From a virus, in IMG/VR virus record IMGVR_UViG_3300017763_004709, positions 11,829 to 75,828 of that record: DNA of 64,000 nucleotides; one strand, given 5' to 3'. This document shows, piece by piece, positions 1 through 9,539 of the stretch. The position numbers were made by a program, and so were the translations under genes. The number at the start of each line of letters is the position of its first letter. Position 1 is the first letter of the stretch. The notes below the pieces were generated by a model. The model saw only the letters and a list, made by a program, of their open reading frames with translations. It made no database searches and was not told the DNA's origin.

Positions 1-142
1 TTATTCCTTTGCCACAAGCTACTACTGAACCTTCTGCAGGTTTTTCTTTAGCACTTTCAGGAATTATAATACCTCCTGAAGTAGTTTCTTCTGTTTCTGT
101 TCGTCTAACAAGCACCCGATCTTGAAGAGGTGTTAATGCCAT
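1..142 (-). CDS. groES: co-chaperonin GroES (truncated by window edge)
   Basis: Manual translation [46 protein letters not shown]; Cpn10 signature; GGAG SD upstream. Confidence 0.95.
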   Translation of the reverse strand, partial: MALTPLQDRVLVRRTETEETTSGGIIIPESAKEKPAEGSVVACGKGI

Positions 143-154
143 AATATTTTCTCC

Positions 155-820
155 TTATGTTAATTTATTTACTATAGGGAATATAGATGCAATAACATCA
201 GCGCATGCATGTGCTATATCCATGTGTTCTTTTTGTGTGCCGTTAGCACTTCTTAGCTCAATATAGTGTACCCAGCTACGTATAGACCCATTCATATATA
301 GCTTAGTTTTAGTATTACCCTCTGGCAGTACCGCTCGTGCTTGTTCTTTTGCTATACCATTATCTATAGCCCACTCATAAGCCGTAATAGCAGAATGCCA
401 AACATTACGCTGATGTTGTTCCCATACTGTGTGTAAATTTACATCATCAGTAATAACGCTATTCTGTCTATTTTTAGTATCCTGTAGTCTAGCTTTTCTA
501 GGAACAAAAACATCTCCCATTTCTGAAGGATTTGCGTACCTCTGAGAAAACTCTTGAAAAGCAAAAGACCTGTGCCTAACTATTTGATGAGCAATATCTC
601 TAGTAGTTTCGATCTCCATTACTACATTTGCCATCTCTAAAGGCGACCAATGTTGATGTTTAATTAAATACTTAATAAGTCTTTCACTTGTTTCTGTGTT
701 TATCTGTGCCGCAGGGTTTGATACTTTTGCACAAAAAGCAATTAGCTCTTGTAAGTCAGTTAACCCTTCTTCTTCAAATACTTCTGTAGCTTTACTATAG
801 CTTACTAATTTTACTTTCAT
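155..820 (-). CDS. thyX: flavin-dependent thymidylate synthase
   Basis: HWSPLE and RHRSFAFQEFSQRY ThyX motifs. Confidence 0.96.
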   Translation of the reverse strand: MKVKLVSYSKATEVFEEEGLTDLQELIAFCAKVSNPAAQINTETSERLIKYLIKHQHWSPLEMANVVMEIETTRDIAHQIVRHRSFAFQEFSQRYANPSEMGDVFVPRKARLQDTKNRQNSVITDDVNLHTVWEQHQRNVWHSAITAYEWAIDNGIAKEQARAVLPEGNTKTKLYMNGSIRSWVHYIELRSANGTQKEHMDIAHACADVIASIFPIVNKLT

Positions 821-822
821 TA

Positions 823-1674
823 TTATACCTTTGTTAGGGCTTCACCCATAATTGTTTTTATAACTTCAGGATTTTCTGACATATTAATAGCTTCTTCTAA
901 ATAAGTATTTAGATCCATTAGTTGTTTATTAAGTAATAGTATTTCTTTACCACTATTTAAGTTTTGTATGTATTTAGCCTTACCTGCTATAGGTAGATTG
1001 TTAATCAGATTATCTAAATTTTTGTATTCTTTTACTAAAGATTGACTACGTTTTTTACCTATACCATCAATACCCATAATCCCATCACTTTTATCTCCTT
1101 CAATAATTCTAGAGAATAAAAACTCTTGAGGAGTAAACTGCCAATCTTCATGTAAAGAGTCTAGAGTTATTTCTTTTCTAGAGAATAGATTGAATATATT
1201 AACATTATGATCTAGTAGTTGATATAAATCTCTATCGCTAGATACAATCCATACATTGTCATACTGTTCTTTTAGATTATTTGCTAGGTACGTTATTAGA
1301 TCATCAGCTTCAATACCTTTAAATTTGTAATGTTCAAAAGGTAATAACTCTGTGGTATCTTTTAAACAGTTGAAAAAACCTGTGAATCTAATTTTTTCTT
1401 CTTCTGTTCTCTCTACTTTTCTATTTTGTTTATACCCAGGATAAATAGCTTTTCTATAAGAAGAAGCGCCTACATCAAAGCAACAAACTATTCGTTTCGC
1501 AGAATAGCTTTTTCCTAGACTACTAATAGTTTTAATGTACTCTTGAGAGTAATCATCAAAGTTAGGTCTATGTAAGTATCTAAAAGCTACATTATTCGCA
1601 TCAATCAAAAGAAGGTTGTTTTCTTCATATTTATCTTGTTCTAGCTCGGCTAGATCATTCCAACTTGCACTCAT
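823..1674 (-). CDS. 5'-3' exonuclease/flap endonuclease (T5 D15-like)
   Basis: LLIDANN, YKQNR, EADD, SSDRD, GDKSD..GI.GIG motifs; MSASW N-terminus resembling T5 D15. Confidence 0.92.
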   Translation of the reverse strand: MSASWNDLAELEQDKYEENNLLLIDANNVAFRYLHRPNFDDYSQEYIKTISSLGKSYSAKRIVCCFDVGASSYRKAIYPGYKQNRKVERTEEEKIRFTGFFNCLKDTTELLPFEHYKFKGIEADDLITYLANNLKEQYDNVWIVSSDRDLYQLLDHNVNIFNLFSRKEITLDSLHEDWQFTPQEFLFSRIIEGDKSDGIMGIDGIGKKRSQSLVKEYKNLDNLINNLPIAGKAKYIQNLNSGKEILLLNKQLMDLNTYLEEAINMSENPEVIKTIMGEALTKV

Positions 1675-1740
1675 TAAATTTTCTCCATATTTATACTTTA
1701 TAATATAATATATTTAATCACTAAGCAAGTTAAATCTAAC

Positions 1741-2187
1741 TTAAGTAGGTTCTAATTTTACAGCCTCTAACACCCACTCATCAAATAAACCCATTTTAAA
1801 GTATAAGTCATCTACTCTAACAGTTATTTGATTAGACACCTCAACTTCATTAGCCCAACAACAGTATACTTTACCTCTATCCCACTTATATATTAATAGT
1901 GGTTCTTTTTTCATAGTATCTGCTTCTCTTATAGTTTGTTTCCAAAAGTCTAATAGTAAAGCAGATTTTTTAGCTGTTAATAAATTATTCCAATTTATTT
2001 CTTTGTGATGTTTAGCCTCTATACAATATGTAAAATTTGGAAGCCAAGGACAGTATACGTCTCCTTTGAGATACTCTAATGCGCCTGATAAGGGCACTCT
2101 TTCAAACTTATTATTAAAATGTTTAGAAAAAAGATCTCTAACTACGTACTCAAAACTTCTTCCTTTAGTTTTACTTTTACTACTCAT
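1741..2187 (-). CDS. PD-(D/E)XK endonuclease / Holliday junction resolvase (T5 D14-like)
   Basis: SKTKGRSFE, RVPLSGA..KGD, IEAK; adjacent to D15; start moved to the ATG after AAGGAG. Confidence 0.85.
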   Translation of the reverse strand: MSSKSKTKGRSFEYVVRDLFSKHFNNKFERVPLSGALEYLKGDVYCPWLPNFTYCIEAKHHKEINWNNLLTAKKSALLLDFWKQTIREADTMKKEPLLIYKWDRGKVYCCWANEVEVSNQITVRVDDLYFKMGLFDEWVLEAVKLEPT

Positions 2188-2281
2188 AATATCTCCTTTG
2201 TACAATACTAATATAAAAAAGAACCATAAGTCTAATATAATATAAAAAAAGAGCCCTTATTGGACTCTTTTTACTTTTATA

Positions 2282-2455
2282 CTACAAGTATTTACCATCA
2301 GGAGTATGAGTACTTGAGTTATACCAAGCCCATATAATACAATTAAACTTACTGTAACGACTATACCAAGGGCCTATATCCGTTACACCAAGACACCAAC
2401 CTTGATGTCTTAAGTGATAATACCAGTCAACAATTCTTTTATATCGTTGGATCAT
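2282..2455 (-). CDS. hypothetical protein
   Basis: ORF at end of the cassette; likely start MIQRYK after GGAGAG. Confidence 0.45.
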   Translation of the reverse strand: MIQRYKRIVDWYYHLRHQGWCLGVTDIGPWYSRYSKFNCIIWAWYNSSTHTPDGKYL

Positions 2456-2627
2456 ACTGCTCTCCATTATAGCCTGGATATGTATCTTTATCTTGAACAC
2501 CAGAGTTGCAGCCCACAACTACGATTAATAAAAATACTATAGACCATAAGGTTACTCTTTTACTCCACATAATAAACAAGTTAAAAGTTTTCTCTGCTTC
2601 TATTTGTGCTTGCTCTCTTGGTGTCAT
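2439..2627 (-). CDS. small membrane protein resembling aa3-type cytochrome c oxidase subunit IV
   Basis: AEKTFNLF followed by one TM helix ending in N, like the EKTFxxF motif of Rhodobacter subunit IV. Confidence 0.5.
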   Translation of the reverse strand: MTPREQAQIEAEKTFNLFIMWSKRVTLWSIVFLLIVVVGCNSGVQDKDTYPGYNGEQYDPTI

Positions 2628-3025
2628 ATTCTATTACCTTTTAGTGCAAAATACATTCCACCTACCCATAGTAAGACATGGAAATGATCATACAATATTA
2701 CGTCCCAAAAACTTTCTGGTTGGCTTGTCCATATAACTCCAGTCAATATACTTGCAATAGTAATACCTGAGAAACGTGTAATTAGATCGCCTATCTCTTT
2801 AAAATACTTTTGATGGATGATCAAACCTCCTACTAACAATCCTAACCCTGCTCCTAGTTCACCTAGTACAACAAAAGCCCAGACAAGTAATGTTAGTTCT
2901 ACAGGGGAGTCTTCTACATTAATTGGCCACTTGTCAAGACCTTGCTGTAGAAAAACTACAACAAGGGGGATTCTTAACAACCAATGAGTCATACAAAACT
3001 CTGGAATACGGCTTACCCAACTCAT
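2624..3025 (-). CDS. DoxX-family membrane protein
   Basis: LLRIPL..VF...G..K and GEL.AG.GLLVG...TR; four hydrophobic segments. Confidence 0.8.
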   Translation of the reverse strand: MSWVSRIPEFCMTHWLLRIPLVVVFLQQGLDKWPINVEDSPVELTLLVWAFVVLGELGAGLGLLVGGLIIHQKYFKEIGDLITRFSGITIASILTGVIWTSQPESFWDVILYDHFHVLLWVGGMYFALKGNRI

Positions 3026-3441
3026 AGCTCAGCCAATAGTTCTTTTAGTTTCTTCTTTGACTTGCCACGAACTTTGGCACCTGAGATATCATTGTCTCCG
3101 TCACCTACAACAACAATAGCAATCATGCCCATTGTTTTGTGTGGAGTACACTGATACAAATACACACCCGGTGTATCAAATGTAATAGAAACTTCTTTGC
3201 TAAGTTTTGATTTTTTTGGTGCTTTCCATCCATCTGGGCCCGCAATAAATTCTACATTGTGACCTTTTTGTGTTGGTAGCCAAGTAATTGTATCGCCTAC
3301 ATCAATACGTGCGATATCTTCACTGTACACCATTTTAGCGCCATCATCACGCTTGTTTAACATTTCGATAGTCATGTCTTCTGCAAATGCTGGTGTCGCT
3401 AATGATGCCATTATAGCAACTGTATATAGTAATTTTTTCAT
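3022..3441 (-). CDS. pseudoazurin (type-1 blue copper protein) with signal peptide
   Basis: Signal peptide ending AFA; IEMLNK, GHNVEFI, YLYQCTPHKTMGM give His/Cys/His/Met ligands; start at MKKLL. Confidence 0.93.
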   Translation of the reverse strand: MKKLLYTVAIMASLATPAFAEDMTIEMLNKRDDGAKMVYSEDIARIDVGDTITWLPTQKGHNVEFIAGPDGWKAPKKSKLSKEVSITFDTPGVYLYQCTPHKTMGMIAIVVVGDGDNDISGAKVRGKSKKKLKELLAEL

Positions 3442-3442
3442 T

Positions 3443-3625
3443 TTATTTCCTTTTGTTATGCATTTCTTGAATCTGCAATATACAACGTTTGGCTTCCTCG
3501 TGGTAACCCATTCTTGCGAGCTCCGCTGCTGCTCTGGAGTACCCAATCGTCTGTGTAAACCGATCTAAGGAAGACCACAAACCCGACAAGGGTGAGAAGA
3601 TATAGTTTGTTACTAAAGCTGTCAT
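3443..3625 (-). CDS. small hypothetical protein
   Basis: GYSRAAAELARMGYHEEAK; TAATG-coupled to the upstream gene. Confidence 0.7.
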   Translation of the reverse strand: MTALVTNYIFSPLSGLWSSLDRFTQTIGYSRAAAELARMGYHEEAKRCILQIQEMHNKRK

Positions 3626-3858
3626 TATAGCCACCCCCTATTTTCAATTTTAGAGCCTGAACGAGCTACATGGTAAATGTCGCCTCGGGTAAGACCTATA
3701 TCTTCTAAGTCATAGTCTGATAATCTAGATAGCTCTTTTATAGTTTGTTTAGTTATGCGCTTTTGTTTATAATACTGTGCAAAAGTTCGTAAAGAATCTA
3801 TTAAGTTTTCAATTATTTTAGTAGAGAAATTATGTGCTATTAATATATGCTGTGTCAT
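3625..3858 (-). CDS. DUF1127 (YjiS-like) small protein
   Basis: TIKELSRLSDYDLEDIGLTRGDI signature; TAATG coupling at 3858. Confidence 0.9.
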   Translation of the reverse strand: MTQHILIAHNFSTKIIENLIDSLRTFAQYYKQKRITKQTIKELSRLSDYDLEDIGLTRGDIYHVARSGSKIENRGWL

Positions 3859-4019
3859 TATACCCATCCTCTTAAGTTAGGATTCATGTTCCCGTATATT
3901 AATTTCTTTTGTCTTCTCTCTAGGTCTACTAGGTCAGTAGATTGAGCTAGGTACTCATTAATTCTTTCTTGCTCTGTTTTTGGTTTTAATTTACTAAATA
4001 GTCTTTTTAAAAGTTTCAT
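3858..4019 (-). CDS. 53-aa protein, DUF3563-like (absent from ORF track)
   Basis: MKLLKRLFSKLKPKTEQERINEYLAQSTDLVDLERRQKKL...; AAGGAG SD. Confidence 0.7.
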   Translation of the reverse strand: MKLLKRLFSKLKPKTEQERINEYLAQSTDLVDLERRQKKLIYGNMNPNLRGWV

Positions 4020-4091
4020 GTTTTTCTCCTTCTATACTTATAGTATATAATAAAAAGGCTCAAAAAACAACTATAATTATGTCAAACCCGG

Positions 4092-4108
4092 TATGCACAG
4101 TTTGCATA
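4092..4108. promoter_or_regulatory. LysR-type operator palindrome (ATGC-N7-GCAT)
   Basis: TATGCA-CAGTT-TGCATA about 70 bp upstream of the DUF1127 cassette. Confidence 0.55.
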
Positions 4109-4128
4109 GCTTAGAGGTACAAAATGCT

Positions 4129-4162
4129 AAAATAAAATAACCAGAGATTGCTCTCTGGTTAT
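4129..4162 (-). terminator. intrinsic terminator after nrdB/tRNA-Thr
   Basis: TAACCAGAGA/TCTCTGGTTA stem, GCAA loop on minus strand, U-rich tail. Confidence 0.8.
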
Positions 4163-4168
4163 AATTAA

Positions 4169-4244
4169 TGGTGCTCCCACACGGACTCGAACCGCGGACC
4201 TATTGATTACAAATCAATTGCTCTACCAGCTGAGCTATAGGAGC
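4169..4244 (-). tRNA. tRNA-Thr(UGU)
   Basis: GCTCCTATAGCTCAG...TTTGTAA...GGTTCGAGTCC...GAGCACCA cloverleaf with encoded CCA. Confidence 0.96.
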
Positions 4245-4245
4245 T

Positions 4246-5376
4246 TTATAAACTAAATCCTTCGAATGATTTATCACTAACATCTTTTTTTGTGCCACCG
4301 ATAACATAACTAGAAATTTCAGTTTCTTGAGGGGCTACTTGTACTTCTGCCCCACTTATCCATTTTTGAGTCCAAGGAAGAGGGTTAGCTCTAGGAACAC
4401 TAAAATCAGGCTTTACTCCTGCAGCTACTAGTCTTTTATGAGTTATCCACTCTACGTAGTCACTTAGTAATTGAGCATTCAAACCAATCATTGAACCATC
4501 TTTAAATAAGTATTCTGCCCATTGTTTTTCCTGCTCCATAGCTTCTGTAAACATACTTCTAACAGTATCCTCACACTCAGGAATAATAGTAGCATAATCA
4601 GGATCATCTTTAGGTAATAATTTAATCATTTGCTGTGTGGAGGCAAGATGTAAGTTTTCATCGCGGGCAATTAATTTAATAATCTTAGCGTTGCCTTCCA
4701 TCTTCTTTAGTTCGGCAAATGCCCAACTACATGCAAAGCTTACATAGAAACGAACACCTTCTAAGATATTAACACTAGCTATGCAAAGATACAATAATTT
4801 TTTAAGCTCATACATATCAACTACGTACTTTTCACCATTAATTGTGTGGGTTCCCTCACCAAATAATTGATATAGTTTGCTTAATCTTAGAAGCTCATCA
4901 TAGTACTTAGTAATATCAGAGGCGCAGTCTGTGATCTCAGTAACATTCATCATCTCATCAAATATAATACTAGGATTAGTATAAATATTTCTAATAATAT
5001 GAGTGTAGCTACGAGAGTGAATAGATTCACTAAAAGTCCAAGTTAAAATCCAATTTTCTAACTCTGGAAGACCTACTATTCCTCCAAAAGCTTCTACAGG
5101 AGCTCTTCCTTGAACAGAATCTAGTAAGATTTGCCGTTTTAAGTTTGCAGTAAAAATATGCTGCTCATGCTCTGTTAAACCTCTAAAATCTTTACTATCT
5201 TTAGTTACATCTATCTCTTCTGGGCGCCAAAAGAAACCTAACTGCTTATCTGTAAGTTTATCAAATTGTTTATACTTTAAAGTATCATACCTCTGAATGT
5301 CTACTCCTCCTTCGGGATCTAAAAACATTAGGGAGGTTAAGTGTTTATTTCTGCTGTTTTCATTTAATACTGACAT
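4246..5376 (-). CDS. nrdB: ribonucleotide reductase class Ia beta subunit
   Basis: FFWRPEE, ESIHSRSY, LEGVRFYVSF, RDENLH, APQETEISSY. Confidence 0.97.
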   Translation of the reverse strand: MSVLNENSRNKHLTSLMFLDPEGGVDIQRYDTLKYKQFDKLTDKQLGFFWRPEEIDVTKDSKDFRGLTEHEQHIFTANLKRQILLDSVQGRAPVEAFGGIVGLPELENWILTWTFSESIHSRSYTHIIRNIYTNPSIIFDEMMNVTEITDCASDITKYYDELLRLSKLYQLFGEGTHTINGEKYVVDMYELKKLLYLCIASVNILEGVRFYVSFACSWAFAELKKMEGNAKIIKLIARDENLHLASTQQMIKLLPKDDPDYATIIPECEDTVRSMFTEAMEQEKQWAEYLFKDGSMIGLNAQLLSDYVEWITHKRLVAAGVKPDFSVPRANPLPWTQKWISGAEVQVAPQETEISSYVIGGTKKDVSDKSFEGFSL

Positions 5377-5387
5377 AATTTTTTCCT

Positions 5388-7703
5388 TTATAATACACAA
5401 CTTTCACAATAGTCATCATACTCTTCGTCTGAGTCAAAACTATCTCTGTCTAATTCTTCTTTATCTTCTAAGCTACTTAAGTCTAATTCCCCTTGTCCAT
5501 CATAGGTATTAAAGTAGTATAGTTGTTTACCGCCATACTTATAAAACATTAATAGATGCTGTAACATTAAACTCATAGGTATTTTTTCTTCTTCAAAGTA
5601 TTGAGGATTGTAACTTGTATTAACACTAATTCCTTGATCAATATACTTCTGCAGTACGGCCATAATCTTAATATACCCTTCTGGAGAACGTTGATCCCAT
5701 AATAAATCATATTTATTCTTTAGTTTATGTATACCAGGAACTACTTGTTTTAATACTCCATGTTTAGACTGTTTAATACTTACTAAACTTCTGGGAGGTT
5801 CAATACCGTTAGTACTATTACTTATCTGTGCGCTAGTTTCTGCAGGCATAAGAGCCATTAGTGTTGAATTACGAATACCTGTTGTTTTTAACTGCTCACG
5901 TAGCCCTTCCCAATCCATACGCTCTACATGAGGAACTAGTTCATCTACGTCTTTCTTATATGTTTGATTAGGTGTAAGGCCGTGTCCATATTTTGTTTCC
6001 ATAACTCCTGGGCAGGCACCCTTATCAACAGCTAAATCTGCGCTTGCTTTAATTAAGTAATAACTCCATGCTTCTGCCCATTCATCTATCAGAGACAATC
6101 CTTGCTCATCTATATCTTGATAATTAAGATTATTTTTAGCTAACCAGTATGCAAAATTAATAATACCAACGCCTAAAGGCCTTCTTTTTTCTGTAGATAG
6201 CTGTGCTGCACGTAAAGGATAATCTTGATAACTTAATAGAGCATCTAGTCCTCTTACGGCTAAAGCCCCTACTCTCTCAAAATCCTCTTTACATTTTACA
6301 TTGCCCCAATTAACAGCGCTCAAAGTACATAGACTTATTTCACCTTCTTCATCAAATATGTCTTTTAAAGGCTTAGTAGGTAAGTCTATCTCTGCACATA
6401 GATTAGACTGATGAATAGGAGCTATCTTTTCATCAAAACTAGAATGTGTATTAGCATGATCTACATTTTGTAAATAGATACGTCCTGTATTTTTACGTTC
6501 TTCCATAAAGGAAGAAAATAGATCAATAGCACTTACAGTTTTCTTTCTTAGCTTTGTGTTTTTTTCTGCGCCCTCGTACATAATTTTAAAAGTATCAGGG
6601 TCATTAAAGAATGAATCGTACAATCCTGGAACATCACTAGGAGAGAATAAGGTTATATCTCCTCCAGTAATTAAGCGCTCATAAAATAACTTATTGAATT
6701 GTACTCCATAGTCCATATGTCTTACACGGTTTTCTTCTGTGCCTTTATTATTCTTTAATACTAATAAGTCTTCTACTTCAAGATGCCATATAGGGTAATA
6801 TAAAGTAGCCGCCCCGTTTCTAACACCTCCTTGAGAGCAACTTCTTGTAGCTGCTTGAAACATCTTATAAAAAGGGATTACCCCTGTATGATAGGCGTCT
6901 CCTTTACGTATGGGAGAACCGATAGACCTAATTCTTCCTGCTCCAATACCAATACCGGCTTTTTGACTGACGTATTTAACGATACTAGAACTAGTAGCAT
7001 TAATACTGTCAAGACTGTCATCAGCTTCAATAAGTACGCAAGAAGAGAATTGTCGTTGTGGCGTACGCAGACCCGCCATGATAGGAGTAGGCAGGCTAAG
7101 CTCATGCAAACTAATAGCGTCATAATAATCTTTTACCCATTTTAATCTAGTTTCTTTAGGATAGTTAGCGAACAGTGTCATAGATATTAACATATAGGCT
7201 ACTTGAGGTGTTTCGTATATAATCTCTTCAACTCTATTTTGTACTAAATATTTACCTCTAAATTGCTCCATAGCAACATAAGTTAATTTATCATCTCGTA
7301 CATGCTTTATATACTTATTAATAGTTGAAAATTCTTTTCTAGAGTAGTTTTCTATAAGTTCAGGATCATAAAATCCTAATTTTACATTTTTATCTACTAT
7401 AGAATAAAGATCAGGAGGGTCAAATTGACCGTATACTTCTTTACGAAGATTATAGTTTATTAGTCTTCCTGCTACCCATTGATAATTAGGAGTTTGCTCG
7501 GATATTAAATCTGCGGCACTTTTTATAAGTGTTTCTTGTACGTCTGAAGTTTTAATACCGTCAAAAAACTGTATTTGACTTTTAATCTCTACTTCACTAG
7601 GACTTACTCCTGCTATACCCTCACAAGCTAAAAAAACTACCTTATGTAGTTTTTCAATGTTTAGATCTTCTTTTTTACCTGTTCTCTTTATAACCTGTAT
7701 CAT
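5388..7703 (-). CDS. nrdA: ribonucleotide reductase class Ia alpha subunit
   Basis: ATP cone, PTP, FSSC, SNLCAEI, LYY and C-terminal CESC. Confidence 0.97.
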   Translation of the reverse strand: MIQVIKRTGKKEDLNIEKLHKVVFLACEGIAGVSPSEVEIKSQIQFFDGIKTSDVQETLIKSAADLISEQTPNYQWVAGRLINYNLRKEVYGQFDPPDLYSIVDKNVKLGFYDPELIENYSRKEFSTINKYIKHVRDDKLTYVAMEQFRGKYLVQNRVEEIIYETPQVAYMLISMTLFANYPKETRLKWVKDYYDAISLHELSLPTPIMAGLRTPQRQFSSCVLIEADDSLDSINATSSSIVKYVSQKAGIGIGAGRIRSIGSPIRKGDAYHTGVIPFYKMFQAATRSCSQGGVRNGAATLYYPIWHLEVEDLLVLKNNKGTEENRVRHMDYGVQFNKLFYERLITGGDITLFSPSDVPGLYDSFFNDPDTFKIMYEGAEKNTKLRKKTVSAIDLFSSFMEERKNTGRIYLQNVDHANTHSSFDEKIAPIHQSNLCAEIDLPTKPLKDIFDEEGEISLCTLSAVNWGNVKCKEDFERVGALAVRGLDALLSYQDYPLRAAQLSTEKRRPLGVGIINFAYWLAKNNLNYQDIDEQGLSLIDEWAEAWSYYLIKASADLAVDKGACPGVMETKYGHGLTPNQTYKKDVDELVPHVERMDWEGLREQLKTTGIRNSTLMALMPAETSAQISNSTNGIEPPRSLVSIKQSKHGVLKQVVPGIHKLKNKYDLLWDQRSPEGYIKIMAVLQKYIDQGISVNTSYNPQYFEEEKIPMSLMLQHLLMFYKYGGKQLYYFNTYDGQGELDLSSLEDKEELDRDSFDSDEEYDDYCESCVL

Positions 7704-7712
7704 GGCACTCCT

Positions 7713-9536
7713 TTATACTATCCTACTCATATTATTTTCTTTTACTATCTCTATCTTAGGTATTAGAGGGTGATTATAGTCGTGACTAATAAGAAAAACA
7801 TTCAATCCTTCTTCTACAGATAGAACTTCAAATAGCTTTTCTTTTCCTGCCTCATCTAATACCCCTGTTATCTCATCTAAAAATAATAGATTTAAACTAT
7901 TGCCGCCTATTTTAGAAAGAGTAGACCTTACTGCAAGTAATACGCTTGTTTGTACTCTACTAAACTCTCCGCCTGATAAAGACTCAATAGTTACTTCTTT
8001 ACCTTCATTAATAACAATTACATTTAGTTTTTCTCCTGTTAACCTAAATAATACTGAAAATTGACCATCAGATAGTATAGATAGATATTTATTAATAGTT
8101 TGTTCTAAATCTTTTGCTACATTTTCTAGTTTAAAGGCTACAATACCTGATGAAGAAAATGCTTTTTTAAGTATTTGAATATTGTTAACCTTATCTTGAA
8201 GATTTAGTATATCATTTCTTAATACTAGCTGTCTAGATAAAAATTTTTCCTTTTCCTCTGAAAATAGATCTACTTTTGTGTTATGCACCCTAATATCTTC
8301 GTTTATTTTTTCTGTATAATTTTTTTCTGTTCTTTGATTTTTTAAGGTCTTTTTTAAACTACTTAATTCTGTTTGTATTTCTCTTTTATCAGGAACGTCA
8401 GTAGGAAGAGTCTTATCAATTAAGTTAGAAATAGTCTCAAATTTTTCTATGTTTTTTTGATTTATCTCATATTTTCTAAGTAAAGATTTATACATATCAT
8501 TTTTAGCCGTTAAAGAAATAAACTTATCTTTATAGTTATTATAAATAGTCTTACTATCTTCTATTTGTTGTTCAAATTTATTTTTTTGTATTATAGATTG
8601 AGATATGTCTAACTCTTGCCCACAGGCATAACATTTATCTTCTAAATCTAGTCCTTTTAACTTTTTACTAGTATCTTCAACAACTCTTTTAGCATTATTA
8701 GCCGTTTCTCTAGCTTCTTGTATTTCTTTATCTAAGTTTGGATCTTCTGGTTTTTCTAAAGACACATCAAAAGAAATAGCTTCTAACTCTTTAATATTTA
8801 TATTATTCTTATCTATCTGTCTAGTATCTTTTTCTAGGTTAGCCAGAGAAGCTTCTAGTTTAATAATTTCTTCCTCTAAGGACGGGTCTATATCTATTAT
8901 CTCTACAAACTCTTTTTTACTTCCTATATTTATATTTGAGATACTAGTTTCTATTGCTTTCTGTTCGCCTTTCAAAGAAACTAATTTACGTTCTTCTTCT
9001 GTGCCTGTTTTTTTTATCTCTTCTCCAATAGTTAAATATTTTTCTAAACTAAATAGGTTTATTAAGAATTTTTTTCTATTAGAGTCTGTAGCTTTTAAAA
9101 AGTCTAGTAAATCTGTCGAGCTTTGATAGGATAATTGAGAAAACACTTCAAAAGTCATGCCAAACAGAGAGTGTAATTTTTTATAAGTATCTAGAACTTT
9201 ATGTTCTGATATATCTTCTTTTCCTTTATATAAAACTACTTTAGTTTGTGCTCCTGATCTTTTAACGTCTAAGGTGTATTCTATAGAGTCTACAGAAAAA
9301 ATTAAATTAGCAGACCAGTTTTTTGAGTTGGAGTATTTGTTTAGTATGTCTCCCTTTTTAATTCCTTTAATATTTTTATTAAATAGTATTTCTTGTAGTA
9401 TAAAAGCAATAGAGCTTTTACCGCTACCATTAGGAGCAGATAACTGAGTTATCTTTTCTTTATCTAGTTGTATAGATATATTTTCTCCATAACTATACAT
9501 ATTACTAAATTTTAAAGTTTTTAGAATAATAGACAT
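7713..9536 (-). CDS. SbcC/Rad50-like ATPase (T5 D13-like)
   Basis: NGSGKS Walker A, CYAC zinc hook, LSGGE, LFLDE, SH. Confidence 0.93.
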   Translation of the reverse strand: MSIILKTLKFSNMYSYGENISIQLDKEKITQLSAPNGSGKSSIAFILQEILFNKNIKGIKKGDILNKYSNSKNWSANLIFSVDSIEYTLDVKRSGAQTKVVLYKGKEDISEHKVLDTYKKLHSLFGMTFEVFSQLSYQSSTDLLDFLKATDSNRKKFLINLFSLEKYLTIGEEIKKTGTEEERKLVSLKGEQKAIETSISNINIGSKKEFVEIIDIDPSLEEEIIKLEASLANLEKDTRQIDKNNINIKELEAISFDVSLEKPEDPNLDKEIQEARETANNAKRVVEDTSKKLKGLDLEDKCYACGQELDISQSIIQKNKFEQQIEDSKTIYNNYKDKFISLTAKNDMYKSLLRKYEINQKNIEKFETISNLIDKTLPTDVPDKREIQTELSSLKKTLKNQRTEKNYTEKINEDIRVHNTKVDLFSEEKEKFLSRQLVLRNDILNLQDKVNNIQILKKAFSSSGIVAFKLENVAKDLEQTINKYLSILSDGQFSVLFRLTGEKLNVIVINEGKEVTIESLSGGEFSRVQTSVLLAVRSTLSKIGGNSLNLLFLDEITGVLDEAGKEKLFEVLSVEEGLNVFLISHDYNHPLIPKIEIVKENNMSRIV

Positions 9537-9539
9537 AAT

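Noticed and set aside
3442-3546. N-terminal extension of pseudoazurin in the ORF track
   Set aside because: Overlaps the upstream gene; SD and signal peptide place the start at 3441
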